From IMG/VR virus record IMGVR_UViG_3300028186_000155: DNA of 64,000 nt; one strand, given 5' to 3'. Below, piece after piece: positions 27,631 to 37,380 of this stretch. How positions within the stretch are numbered: the stretch's first letter is position 1; each line of letters opens with the position of its first letter. This DNA comes from a virus. Its lineage: Duplodnaviria > Caudoviricetes. The notes beneath the pieces are model-generated. The model made no database searches. It was not told the origin of the DNA and was given only the letters and a program-made list of their open reading frames with translations. The position numbers were made by a program, and so were the translations under genes.

Positions 27631-28075
27631 ATACCCACCATCCCCAGTGTTTAAGGTCGTGCCGTCGAATGTTCCTAACTCCGGTAAACGACCAGATGGC
27701 CCCACACCCGATATTCGCGAAGTAGGGGAATCCAGTTGCGTCACCGGCCTTGCGAGTCTGGCGCAGCGTTTAACGCAGGATATTTTGGTTGCCCACGAAC
27801 GGACATTCTCCGGTTTTCCAATGCCGAAGTTTATTCTGATGGCACACCAATACGAGTACCTGCACCCCGACCTACTGATTCCGCAGCAGCTTAACAAATA
27901 CGTTGAGTTCCGCGATGTGACGGTAGGTTATCCGCTGTCGATCAATGGTTATTTGTACATCACTGATCCAGCGGCCTACGGACTGCCCAAAGGCCTGACC
28001 GAGGAAGAGGTTTTGAACAGTTTCCTACGGCATTCTGTTCGGATTACCTACATCGTGAAAAATACGGATTTATAA
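27584..28075 (+). CDS. hypothetical protein (start uncertain)
   Basis: Fills the gap and abuts the next gene. Confidence 0.55.
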   Translation: MKLVASKSRWQIVGCEYPPSPVFKVVPSNVPNSGKRPDGPTPDIREVGESSCVTGLASLAQRLTQDILVAHERTFSGFPMPKFILMAHQYEYLHPDLLIPQQLNKYVEFRDVTVGYPLSINGYLYITDPAAYGLPKGLTEEEVLNSFLRHSVRITYIVKNTDL

Positions 28076-29401
28076 ATGGCCAACTACCGATATCTCGCAG
28101 AAACCGATATCGTGTTCGACAACGCAAACGACGAATACGATTTGCATATGGTGCAGGGTGATCGTTTTACCATGTACCGCCACGGTGGCGTTTACGTGGT
28201 CCAACACGAAGACGCACCGAACATTGTTTTCAAGCTGAAAATCCGTGAAGGCAACGCGCTGCACAACGCCAGTGAAGAGCTAATGAGCGTGCAGGTGGAC
28301 CCGGAAAATCCGCCGTACCTGCTGTTCAAGCCAAGCTTTGAAATGGTGCCGCTGCTTTACGATTATTTGAATGTCACTTATTTCAACAATGAGTGCCCGG
28401 TCGTAAAATTCGTGAAAAGCCGCAACCCTAAAGTGTGGGGTTTGGCGCAAGTTGAATTCTACAAAGGGCGCCCGGTCTATACGTTTCACGTGAACGAAAG
28501 TGCGATGGTTGACCGCGTGTTGTTCATCAACACCGTGGCCCATGAAATGATTCACATGCTGATGTTTTCGCGTGGCTACAAGCTGCACATGACCAACCCG
28601 CAACTGGCAGCTGATCACCTGCATGACGACCACGGCCCGCTGTTCCAGCAGGAAATGCATCGTCTGAATGCCAAAGGCTTCGGGATCATCATTGCCGCCA
28701 CGCACGAAGAGCGTAAGCGTGCATCGACCGATGATTTCTACGCAATTGTTGCGCAAGAAACGCAAAACAATTCGTACAAAAACTGGTACACGTGGTACAC
28801 CGATAAGCCGCTGAAATCGGAAGACGCCGACAACTTGGCGGCCACGCTCAAGGAAATGTACCCGCACAAGGAATACACGATCAAACTGGTGAAGACCAAA
28901 GATCGCCATTTCACTTACGGATCAAACCTGAAAGCGTCGAAAACTTTCCCGGCTTCCACGCTGAAAAAGACCTTCCCCGGCGCCGTCGATTACAAAGACT
29001 GCGAAGTCATGTACACCACGTATCTCTCGCCGTCGATTCACGTCGAACTGCCTGAATACAAAGACGTGCCGGATCAGTACGCGCTGCCACTTGATCGTTT
29101 CTACAAAGTGATGCGCAGCTACACCGACGACCGTTTGGTGCTCAAAGCCAAATGGCAGAAATTCCCGAGCAAAATGCTGTCCACACAAATCGACCAGAAA
29201 TTCAGTGTGTTGATTGGTCGCATGGGCCGGAACTCGATTGACGATGCGGATGTGGTAAACATCCTCAACGATATGCGTATGGCATACGACGAACGTTTCA
29301 CCTACAAGCAATACACCGATGCCATGCACGCATTCATCAAAAAATATGACCGGAAAGGTCTGCTGGCCGATTACGCAAAAATCATGAGGCTTATTGCCTA
29401 A
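28076..29401 (+). CDS. SprT-like zinc metalloprotease with an extra N-terminal domain
   Basis: YDYLNVTYF...HEMIH...HGPLFQ. Confidence 0.8.
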   Translation: MANYRYLAETDIVFDNANDEYDLHMVQGDRFTMYRHGGVYVVQHEDAPNIVFKLKIREGNALHNASEELMSVQVDPENPPYLLFKPSFEMVPLLYDYLNVTYFNNECPVVKFVKSRNPKVWGLAQVEFYKGRPVYTFHVNESAMVDRVLFINTVAHEMIHMLMFSRGYKLHMTNPQLAADHLHDDHGPLFQQEMHRLNAKGFGIIIAATHEERKRASTDDFYAIVAQETQNNSYKNWYTWYTDKPLKSEDADNLAATLKEMYPHKEYTIKLVKTKDRHFTYGSNLKASKTFPASTLKKTFPGAVDYKDCEVMYTTYLSPSIHVELPEYKDVPDQYALPLDRFYKVMRSYTDDRLVLKAKWQKFPSKMLSTQIDQKFSVLIGRMGRNSIDDADVVNILNDMRMAYDERFTYKQYTDAMHAFIKKYDRKGLLADYAKIMRLIA

Positions 29402-29413
29402 AAGTGGGGATCG

Positions 29414-29986
29414 ATGGCGTACCAAAGAAAGCGCGGAACACGCAAACAATCGCGGGCCAAAAAGGCTTACGAAAAACGCGTAGACCAGACAGAAGGCACC
29501 GTGAAAATGTCACGGACGGATATCACCAGTGCACTGATGCAGGCCCTCACGTTTTATTACGCGAAGAAAACCTGTTCTGTGCACAAGGAAGTTGGGGTTG
29601 TGCCGTGGGGTCGTTCAAGACTCGATGCACTAGCCATTGACTATCCCGGCAACTTCTACGGCGTGGAAATTAAAAGCTGTCTGGCTGATTTCCGTGCCGA
29701 CAAGAAATGGCGAGATTATCTGCCACACGTGAACAAGCTGTATTTCCTGTTCGCGCCATCGATCACCAAATCCCGATGCTACCCGGAAATTCGTGCAGAA
29801 CTGAAGGCCGCTGGTGTGGGCATTATGGTACTGAGTGAAACCACCGGGCGCATCAGTTGTAGCCAAAACGCCAAGTTCCGGCCAATGGCAATTACTGCGA
29901 AGTATCGCATGTATCGTAAACTGGCTTGGCTGGCGGGTGAGGCCAAGCACAACATCGGACGCACACAGCGGGTATTTTTGACGTGA
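29414..29986 (+). CDS. MmcB/DUF1052-like PD-(D/E)xK nuclease
   Basis: RLDALAI...VEIKSCLADFRADKKW..Y....KLYF. Confidence 0.75.
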   Translation: MAYQRKRGTRKQSRAKKAYEKRVDQTEGTVKMSRTDITSALMQALTFYYAKKTCSVHKEVGVVPWGRSRLDALAIDYPGNFYGVEIKSCLADFRADKKWRDYLPHVNKLYFLFAPSITKSRCYPEIRAELKAAGVGIMVLSETTGRISCSQNAKFRPMAITAKYRMYRKLAWLAGEAKHNIGRTQRVFLT

Positions 29987-30636
29987 ATCAGTTTAAAAAG
30001 CGTGGCAAGTTTATCTGTCTCGAATCCATCGAAGCAGCTGGCAAAGGAACGGCCACCATTTACGTTGGGGAACACACGCAAAAGCACGGATTGCCATTCG
30101 TTTTCACCCGTGAACCGGGCGGCACGCCGTATGCTGAAGCGCTGCGCCGTTTGATGCTGGATCACGAAGGGAAAGTGCCTGCACTGTGCCAACCGTTTTT
30201 GTCGTATGCCTCGCGCATCCAACACACCGAAGCAGTCATTCGCCCGGCGCTGGATAGCGGCACCAACGTTTTCACCGAGCGTTATTATTGGTCGGCCCTT
30301 GCCTACCAAACGCGCACCTGTGAAGCGACCGAAGATATTCACCGGATGTGCGATGAATACGGCCACCTGATTAAACCTGATCTGACAATCCTTTTGGATT
30401 TGCCACCAGAAGTCAGTTACGAACGCATGCACCGGACCCGCGACAACCTCGATGAATTCGAGAAAAAACCTCTGTCCTATTTCGCTGAAGTGCGCGAAGC
30501 CTACCACGCGATGGTCGATGAATCGTGGGTGGTGGTCGATGCCCAGCAACCCCTTGAAGATGTGAAGCGTCAAATTCTGGCGCTGATCGATGAAATGGTG
30601 CCCCATGGAAATGACGTTAGCGCTGGCGGCCAGTGA
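29983..30636 (+). CDS. tmk: thymidylate (dTMP) kinase
   Basis: FICLESIEAAGKGT, TREPGGT, ERY..S..AYQ, PDLTILLDL. Confidence 0.9.
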   Translation: MNQFKKRGKFICLESIEAAGKGTATIYVGEHTQKHGLPFVFTREPGGTPYAEALRRLMLDHEGKVPALCQPFLSYASRIQHTEAVIRPALDSGTNVFTERYYWSALAYQTRTCEATEDIHRMCDEYGHLIKPDLTILLDLPPEVSYERMHRTRDNLDEFEKKPLSYFAEVREAYHAMVDESWVVVDAQQPLEDVKRQILALIDEMVPHGNDVSAGGQ

Positions 30637-31024
30637 GAAATATTTGCCTAACGGGCTAATGGTTCGGCTGGCCCGAAACTACCCGGACATTCGCGATCTT
30701 GGCGAGCGTCTGTTGCACCTGCCGCAAATCAAACGCGGCAACTTTATGCCGAATGTTCCTGAATCGGATGTGGCCCTAATCAAATACGCGGAAGCCAACA
30801 AACTTTCGCTGTATTACGGCTATCGGATCTACAAGGAAAAGGACAAGGATCAGCTGGAAGCCCTGCTGATGTGCGTCGATGATAAGCGGCGTGTGGTTGA
30901 ATCGGAAAAACGGCGGATGGACAACACCGCCTATTACGTGGGAATCCGTATCCCGCCTGACGATATTGCCAATCACCGCTACTTCAACAAATTCAACCGC
31001 ATGGACTACATCAAGGGCCTGTGA
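30605..31024 (+). CDS. hypothetical protein with MEMTLALAAS leader
   Basis: Shared N-terminal leader. Confidence 0.75.
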   Translation: MEMTLALAASEKYLPNGLMVRLARNYPDIRDLGERLLHLPQIKRGNFMPNVPESDVALIKYAEANKLSLYYGYRIYKEKDKDQLEALLMCVDDKRRVVESEKRRMDNTAYYVGIRIPPDDIANHRYFNKFNRMDYIKGL

Positions 31025-32709
31025 TGGAACTAACAATTGCCGCATCTACCCCGGCGCCGCCCGGCTCGGTTGACGCATTCCTCAAGCTGTTGATCGCCCT
31101 GTACAAGGCGCCCGAATACGATTACGGCACGAATTTCTGTGCCAAATTGCAGAAATGGAATGAGGCTGCCCAGCCGTTCCTTGATCAGTATTCGATCAAA
31201 CGCACATTCACCAAAACGCTCGGCCTGCTGGTCGATGGGGTGGATACGGCAGACGACAAGTATTCCTTGATCGTCAACGGCTGTTTCGATGCGCTGAAAA
31301 AGAAGAAAAAGTCATTCGACAAAAACACCAGCCTCAACAAACAGCAGCTTCAGTTCCTGACTGACATTCGTCTGGCCCGCAATGGCTCGGCAGCTGCGAC
31401 CAAAAGGCTGATGCAGAACGCGGGTTATTTCAAAGACTCGCATATCTCGAAAATGTTTTTGCATGAAGACGAACACACCGAAACCACGGCACAAGACGCA
31501 CTCTATCAGCGGCTGGAAGATCACGTAAAAACCCACGGCAAGGTCAAGGGTAACGTGATGCCAGAAACCACGCTGACCAAGTGGCGCGACAAGGCCAAGG
31601 AACTCGGTGCAAACCTCGCAGAGCACCAAGATTATTTGGATATGCGCCGCCAACGCAAAGCCATTGCTGATAAAGCGGTGGCCAACATTGTGCGAGCATC
31701 TGGCCAGCATACTTTGGACGTGGATTCGATTCGCGAACAAATGGGGAATATCCAGCACGATATTCCTGCATGGTTTGTTGGGCAGATGGACGACAAAGGC
31801 AACTACTACACCACCGATGGCCTACAGCTTTTGAATAAGCCAGTGGGCACCGGCACCATGAACAAAAACTACGTGCCCGGATCGACGGTTTACTATTGCC
31901 AGTATCAGGCGCCGTTCGCGCAAAGCACCACCAACGTTTACACCATCGCGGCCCGCACTGAAGGCCGGGTGCAGAGTTTCGGCGTGGTGCAGGGCATGCT
32001 GCCCGACCTGCAAAAATACGTGAAAAAGTGGTTGCCTGATTTGGCCAAGGGGCCGGGTTCGCTGCGTGGTGTGGCTGCTGCTGTGTGCGAAATCGTTTAC
32101 CAGACTTCGGCACGTATCGGCTCGACCCGTGGCAATACCGCTGGTGAAACCACCTACGGCATTTCTACCCTGTTGCGTCGTCACATTCTGTTCAATGATC
32201 AGCGTGCGATTTTCAAATATTTGGGCAAGAAAGCTGGCCAGCAAAAGCACGTGATCAAGTTCGAAGATCAGCGGACGCAAATGCTGCATAAAGCGATGGA
32301 CGAATTCCTACATGATTTGAAGCCAAAAGATTATGTGTTTACGTTCCGTGGCAAACCGCTGTCAAACTCACAGGTGAACGGCTACCTGCGCGAACTCGGA
32401 TTCCCTGAAGGGTTTAGTGTCCACAAATTCCGCAAGCTGCGCGGTACGGCCATGGCCAAAGTTATCATGGATAAATGCCCATTCGGTGCACGCGCCCGTG
32501 AAGCAGACGTAAACGGTTGGCTGGAAAAAGAATGCCTGAAAATCGGTAAAGAACTCGGCCACCTCGCGGGTGAAAAGGTGACGGCCACCACGGCAATCGC
32601 CAACTATATCGATCCATCGGTTTTCCTGCCGGTTTATGAGAAAACCAACACGAGGCCAAACAGCAAAATCCAGAAGGCTATCGACCTCGCGACAAAGAGC
32701 GCTGAATAA
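31024..32709 (+). CDS. type IB DNA topoisomerase-like protein with MELTIAAS leader
   Basis: Catalytic pattern ARIGS...TYGISTL..RH...YLGK...HKFRK...LGH...NYIDP. Confidence 0.8.
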   Translation: MELTIAASTPAPPGSVDAFLKLLIALYKAPEYDYGTNFCAKLQKWNEAAQPFLDQYSIKRTFTKTLGLLVDGVDTADDKYSLIVNGCFDALKKKKKSFDKNTSLNKQQLQFLTDIRLARNGSAAATKRLMQNAGYFKDSHISKMFLHEDEHTETTAQDALYQRLEDHVKTHGKVKGNVMPETTLTKWRDKAKELGANLAEHQDYLDMRRQRKAIADKAVANIVRASGQHTLDVDSIREQMGNIQHDIPAWFVGQMDDKGNYYTTDGLQLLNKPVGTGTMNKNYVPGSTVYYCQYQAPFAQSTTNVYTIAARTEGRVQSFGVVQGMLPDLQKYVKKWLPDLAKGPGSLRGVAAAVCEIVYQTSARIGSTRGNTAGETTYGISTLLRRHILFNDQRAIFKYLGKKAGQQKHVIKFEDQRTQMLHKAMDEFLHDLKPKDYVFTFRGKPLSNSQVNGYLRELGFPEGFSVHKFRKLRGTAMAKVIMDKCPFGARAREADVNGWLEKECLKIGKELGHLAGEKVTATTAIANYIDPSVFLPVYEKTNTRPNSKIQKAIDLATKSAE

Positions 32710-33071
32710 TGGAAATGATCCTTTCGCTGGCCAGCACCGGGCTAGTGCTGAAGCACGGCAAAATGTCGGAAATGAAATTGGGCGATTCCACGATTACCTA
32801 CCGTTACACCGATGAAGAATTTCGGCCTCAAGGTTCGTTCGTAGAAATCCAGAAGCTGCATACACCTGCCGACAAACGCGGATCAGGCAGTGCACGCAAA
32901 CTGATGGAACATTTCCTGAACCTGACGGATCGTGCAGGCCTCGAAGTGATGCTCGAAGCAGAGCCTATGGATGCCCAAACCAAGGGCGCCAAACTGGTGA
33001 AGTTTTACAAATCGTTCGGGTTCAAATCCAAAGGGCGCGGCACCACCGCGATGATAAGAAAAGCCCAATAA
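32709..33071 (+). CDS. GNAT-family acetyltransferase with MEMILSLAS leader
   Basis: KRGSGSARKLM...LVKFYKSFGF. Confidence 0.8.
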   Translation: MEMILSLASTGLVLKHGKMSEMKLGDSTITYRYTDEEFRPQGSFVEIQKLHTPADKRGSGSARKLMEHFLNLTDRAGLEVMLEAEPMDAQTKGAKLVKFYKSFGFKSKGRGTTAMIRKAQ

Positions 33072-33139
33072 AACACTACCCTCGTAGTAACATGGGAAGA
33101 GGAAGCCCCAAATGCACACCTAACGAAGAGAATTAAGAA

Positions 33140-33868
33140 ATGAAAGTAAATGGCGACCTTGTAATTGTTGAGGGCGGTGTGATCAAAAATCTCACGCTGC
33201 CATCCGACTCGGTTTTCCCTGCCAACGGGAACCGGGGTGAATTGTTCTCGGTGCACGGTCACACCGATGCAACGAATTACCCCGATGGCCTCTACCACCA
33301 CGACGGGACCGCATGGAGAAATATTGCACCTCTGGCAAAGGTGAAAGCGTTAATCGAGGCCGCTGGTTTGGGGGCTTCTGTAGTCACGCAGTGGCGCACT
33401 TTGTACAAAGTCGCAACAGGCATCAGCAGCCAAGCGGCGGGTACTTTTTGGTTCGTGCCTGATATCGGGCCAATTGCCGTAGCCAGTGCATTTTCGACCA
33501 CGGTAATGTCAAGCTTTTGGTATGACCCAGCGGATTATCCAGCTGGCACCAAATTCCGTTTGAATCTGATTTACAACCAGAACAGCGTGGCTTCTAACCC
33601 AATTGATTTTACGCTGGGGCTGCGCAAGGTTTTGCGGCCTGCTGGTAGCGGCGGCACCACTACGCAGCTGATTTATGCGGCAGATACTGCTGATGTTTCC
33701 AGCATCGTGGTAAATGGCCCAATCCCGATTAAAACGCAGGCACATTTGCTGTCTGCTGAATTCACGATGCCGACCGAAGCCGGTCAGTATTGCTTCGTGA
33801 TTACGTTGAGCGGCGCGAACGTTACGTCGGCAACTCACTACGACCTTAGCCTACAGGCTAAATACTAG
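33140..33868 (+). CDS. putative fibre/decoration protein, paralogue 1
   Basis: Shares IVEGGVI.NLT, RGELF, SSFWYDPADYP.GTKFRL, EFTMP.EAGQYCF and LQAKY with 33880. Confidence 0.7.
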   Translation: MKVNGDLVIVEGGVIKNLTLPSDSVFPANGNRGELFSVHGHTDATNYPDGLYHHDGTAWRNIAPLAKVKALIEAAGLGASVVTQWRTLYKVATGISSQAAGTFWFVPDIGPIAVASAFSTTVMSSFWYDPADYPAGTKFRLNLIYNQNSVASNPIDFTLGLRKVLRPAGSGGTTTQLIYAADTADVSSIVVNGPIPIKTQAHLLSAEFTMPTEAGQYCFVITLSGANVTSATHYDLSLQAKY

Positions 33869-33879
33869 GAGGTGATCCG

Positions 33880-34596
33880 ATGGATGTTCACGGATTAGAT
33901 ATTGTTGAGGGTGGCGTTATTGAAAACCTCACGGTTGATTCCGGCGCCACACTTCCGGCTAATGGTGCACGCGGTGAATTGTTTGTTTCTGTAGGAAATG
34001 CCGATCAGGATTTGCACCCGGACGGCCTGCATTTTCACGACGGTGCGGCTTGGGATAACCTGCCTACTGTTGCGCAAGTCGAAAGCCTGATTAACGACGC
34101 GTTAGGGGCCGGTAGCGAAAAGTATTTCCAGACGGTATTCAACATTCGCACCCTTGTTGGTGCCAACGGCCTCGGTAATTACTGGGCAGTATCCGATAGC
34201 GCGGTGCTGGCAGTTAGTGGCGCGTTCAACGCAATCGTAATGTCAAGTTTTTGGTATGACCCGGCAGATTATCCGCTGGGTACAAAATTCCGACTTTCTG
34301 TTACGGCCAACCAAAGCAATACGGCGTCGTCCATGATTGTCGATGTTGGACTCTGTAAGGTTTTGCGTCCGTCAACTACGGGCGGGGCCACCACGCAAAT
34401 GATTTATACGCCGGATACGCCCGACGTGGCGGCTGTAGTGGTCCCTGCACTGCTGAGCAAGACACAAACGAACTATTACACCGAAGAATTTACGATGCCG
34501 TCCGAAGCCGGGCAGTATTGTTTCCACCTCAACCTGCGCAACACCAACGGCAACGCGGGCACGCATTACGAAATGCGCCTGCAAGCCAAATATTAA
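33880..34596 (+). CDS. putative fibre/decoration protein, paralogue 2
   Basis: Tandem paralogue of 33140; AGGAGG RBS. Confidence 0.7.
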   Translation: MDVHGLDIVEGGVIENLTVDSGATLPANGARGELFVSVGNADQDLHPDGLHFHDGAAWDNLPTVAQVESLINDALGAGSEKYFQTVFNIRTLVGANGLGNYWAVSDSAVLAVSGAFNAIVMSSFWYDPADYPLGTKFRLSVTANQSNTASSMIVDVGLCKVLRPSTTGGATTQMIYTPDTPDVAAVVVPALLSKTQTNYYTEEFTMPSEAGQYCFHLNLRNTNGNAGTHYEMRLQAKY

Positions 34597-34606
34597 GGAC
34601 TAATTC

Positions 34607-34768
34607 ATGGGCATGGCAGACGAATTTCCTTTGCACAATACACAGACCCCACATCGCCAATATGCAGGCCCTCCCGGTGAATCCGGTTTGAAACCGCAGT
34701 CTGCCCTGCCGTGGTACGTTCAACACAACATGCGCCAAGAGCGCCGCAAGCAAAAAGGAAAACACTGA
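34607..34768 (+). CDS. small hypothetical protein (53 aa; not in ORF track)
   Basis: AAGGA RBS; TGATG coupling to the next gene. Confidence 0.5.
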   Translation: MGMADEFPLHNTQTPHRQYAGPPGESGLKPQSALPWYVQHNMRQERRKQKGKH

Positions 34769-35154
34769 TGGAAATGCAACTTGCATTGGCCGCAGTAGCC
34801 ACCACGGATTTCGTTGATCGGCGCCGCAAGCAAAAGATTGGGGATCTGCGAGAACAGCTGAAGGCGCTCCGAGCCAAAATGGCGACCTTGAAAGAAAAGG
34901 GCGTACACGAAAGCAAAGAAAACGAACGCACGGCCCCGGTGCGCAAGATCCATACGCATGAGCGCCAGCACGCCTACCGCGCCACGCGCAATCCTGAATA
35001 TCAGGCGATGAAAGAACAGGAAATCCAGTTGAAAGCACAGTTGGATGCCCTGCGTGAAGATCACAAACAGCACCACGCCAAAAAGATGGCCGAAATTCAC
35101 GCTCGCCACAAAAAGCGTGTGCAAGATCGCAAAAACCGCAAGGACCAAGAATAA
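34768..35154 (+). CDS. basic coiled-coil protein with MEMQLALAA leader
   Basis: Shared leader; AAGGA RBS. Confidence 0.75.
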   Translation: MEMQLALAAVATTDFVDRRRKQKIGDLREQLKALRAKMATLKEKGVHESKENERTAPVRKIHTHERQHAYRATRNPEYQAMKEQEIQLKAQLDALREDHKQHHAKKMAEIHARHKKRVQDRKNRKDQE

Positions 35155-35331
35155 ATGATCCGTCCAATTCGCATGTCCGATTTGCACAAAATTTACGAAA
35201 ACGAAACGCCCGAAGAAAAAACCGCTCGCCTCAAGGCAAACAAAGAGCGCACCGAACGCATGCTGGCCAGCTGGAAAGAATTCAGCGAAAAGCATCCCGA
35301 AATCGCAAACAAAATGGTGTGTGCCGCCTAA
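35155..35331 (+). CDS. small hypothetical protein (58 aa; not in ORF track)
   Basis: Exactly fills the gap; TAATG coupling. Confidence 0.6.
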   Translation: MIRPIRMSDLHKIYENETPEEKTARLKANKERTERMLASWKEFSEKHPEIANKMVCAA

Positions 35332-35753
35332 TGAAAACTGAACTCGCTGTTGCATCCGTTCCAACCCAACCCGTTTACGGCGTAGGCACCGAAGTTTGGT
35401 TCCACCCGGCGATTCGCACCCTCAATTTCGGCGCGCTGCAAGACGTGGCGATCCGTGCAAAAGTCATGGGCGTAACCGTGCGCGAAACCCAAATCCAGTA
35501 CGAACTGGCGATGGATGTTTCCAGTTCGAAAATTGGTGATTATTACGAGGCCATTCCGCTGGCGCAAGTGGACTCTTTCTTCGTGCTGACCGAAGACCAT
35601 TTGAAGGAATTGAATGGGCTGGGCGAAGAGGATGTTTACAAGTCGTATGCGTCGGCTGTGCCGAGCACCAGCACCGTGCGCCGCTTCGTACAACGCTATC
35701 AGGAAATCCAAAACGATTTGCCAGCACTGCGCCGGGAACTCGGGCGTGTCTGA
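35331..35753 (+). CDS. hypothetical protein with MKTELAVAS leader
   Basis: Leader variant. Confidence 0.7.
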   Translation: MKTELAVASVPTQPVYGVGTEVWFHPAIRTLNFGALQDVAIRAKVMGVTVRETQIQYELAMDVSSSKIGDYYEAIPLAQVDSFFVLTEDHLKELNGLGEEDVYKSYASAVPSTSTVRRFVQRYQEIQNDLPALRRELGRV

Positions 35754-35997
35754 CGTTACGTGGATTGCCATAATCCTCAATCTGCCGATGCTTTGCCTAC
35801 TGGTCTACGGCCTGCGTGTTCTGCACAAAGAGCAAAGTTCGGCAATCCATTTCCATTCGGATTTCTGGCGTGACGTAACTGAGGCCGGGCGCCTCGTTAT
35901 GTTCCATCCGAATAAATTGGTTAAGGGGCCTGTCGGTCCCCAAGGCCCACAAGGCCCGCAGGGCGTCGTAGGCACACCGCTGCAAAGGAAAAAATAA
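35746..35997 (+). CDS. small membrane protein with a short collagen-like GPx run
   Basis: Hydrophobic N-terminal helix; GPVGPQGPQGPQG. Confidence 0.5.
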   Translation: MSDVTWIAIILNLPMLCLLVYGLRVLHKEQSSAIHFHSDFWRDVTEAGRLVMFHPNKLVKGPVGPQGPQGPQGVVGTPLQRKK

Positions 35998-36458
35998 TGG
36001 AAATGATGCTGGCTCTAGCGAGCGTGCAGGTGCCAAAGCTGCTGTATCATGGCACCAAAAAGAAGTTTACGAAATTCTCGGAATATCGCCCGGCCTTTTT
36101 CACCTCGGTCAAAGCGTATGCCGAAGGTTACGGCCACATCATCATGAAGGTGCATGTAGATATCAAACGTATTTTTGACACGCGCCACGACAAACGCGCC
36201 GTCGAGATTTACAATGATTATTTCCTGCCTTCGGGACTAGCTCGCCAAGGCGCCAAGCACATCAAACTGGGCGAACCAGTTTCAATGCACCACGCCGATG
36301 AATTGTGGTCCTATCTCGCTATACCTGAATATCCCGAACCGCATTACGACGGCATTTTGGTTTACGAGCAAATGGCAATTGCCGATCATGAACCCCTCAA
36401 AGGTGCGGAATTCGCGTTTGTTCCGCTGCACCCTGACCAAATTCATCTGGTGAAATAA
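35997..36458 (+). CDS. ADP-ribosyltransferase-like protein with MEMMLALAS leader
   Basis: LYHGT...FFT...YA..YG...YDGI pattern of phage ART-fold domains. Confidence 0.6.
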   Translation: MEMMLALASVQVPKLLYHGTKKKFTKFSEYRPAFFTSVKAYAEGYGHIIMKVHVDIKRIFDTRHDKRAVEIYNDYFLPSGLARQGAKHIKLGEPVSMHHADELWSYLAIPEYPEPHYDGILVYEQMAIADHEPLKGAEFAFVPLHPDQIHLVK

Positions 36459-37375
36459 TGGAAATGCAACTGGCCCTAGCGGGTTCCAGTGTGCTCTATC
36501 ACTTGATCCTGATGGAGCACGCAATCACCGCACTGAAAAACGATAAATTCAAACTGGCAGCCACCAATGAAGGCGTAGAGGCAGAATTCGGTGATGCTCA
36601 ATATTTCTTGAGCCTTGCCCGTTCTAAGCACTCGGATTACTTCAAGAAAGAAGCTGGCGAATCCCACATCATTTTCGTGCTCGACGGGCAGAAGATGAAC
36701 GCGAATTACCAGATTAAAGCCGTTGACTACTGGGCTGACCAAAAGCACATAACCAACGACGAAAAAGAAGATCGTTTGTTCGCCAACAAAATGTACATCC
36801 CGTGCATTCGCTACGTGAAAGAAATCCACTTCATGAAAGAGGGTGGGAAGTGGAAAGAAAACGATTCGTTGACGCTGGCGCTGCTGGCCAAGCGCAACAA
36901 GATTCAGCTGTTCCAGTATGACGACCTAACGGCCTTCATGAATCTGGATAAGCGCAAGACAATCAAGCTTGAAGTTTCCGACAAAAAGAAACGCAAGTTT
37001 GGCACCACCGAATGGAAGCCGCAGGCGGATCACGGACTTGAGGCGTGGTACGATGCATCGCAGATCGTCTTCCACGGTGACGAAAACCGCGCTGCCAAAT
37101 TCATGCAAAACGCCCGGCATAAAGAGCAAAGCAAGGCCTATCGTGATATTGCGCGCAGCATCGAAAAGCTTAACCGGTTTACCGATGTGGGGACGCAGGC
37201 GGTTAGCGATTTCAACCGGTTGGCACGTTATGCCAAGTTCCCTGTGGAAATGGATAACCTCGAAAAGATCAAACGGGTGAAACGTCGCCTGCGTGTTGAT
37301 ACCAAAGGCTTTTTGGATTATGTGCGTAAGCGCTGGATGACCAGCGAAGAGCGCGAACTGCACGGTTTGGAGTAA
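36458..37375 (+). CDS. putative ART-fold protein with MEMQLALAG leader
   Basis: LYH...FLSLARS...FVLDG...EKEDR (H-S-ExE arrangement). Confidence 0.55.
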   Translation: MEMQLALAGSSVLYHLILMEHAITALKNDKFKLAATNEGVEAEFGDAQYFLSLARSKHSDYFKKEAGESHIIFVLDGQKMNANYQIKAVDYWADQKHITNDEKEDRLFANKMYIPCIRYVKEIHFMKEGGKWKENDSLTLALLAKRNKIQLFQYDDLTAFMNLDKRKTIKLEVSDKKKRKFGTTEWKPQADHGLEAWYDASQIVFHGDENRAAKFMQNARHKEQSKAYRDIARSIEKLNRFTDVGTQAVSDFNRLARYAKFPVEMDNLEKIKRVKRRLRVDTKGFLDYVRKRWMTSEERELHGLE

Positions 37376-37380
37376 ACAAA

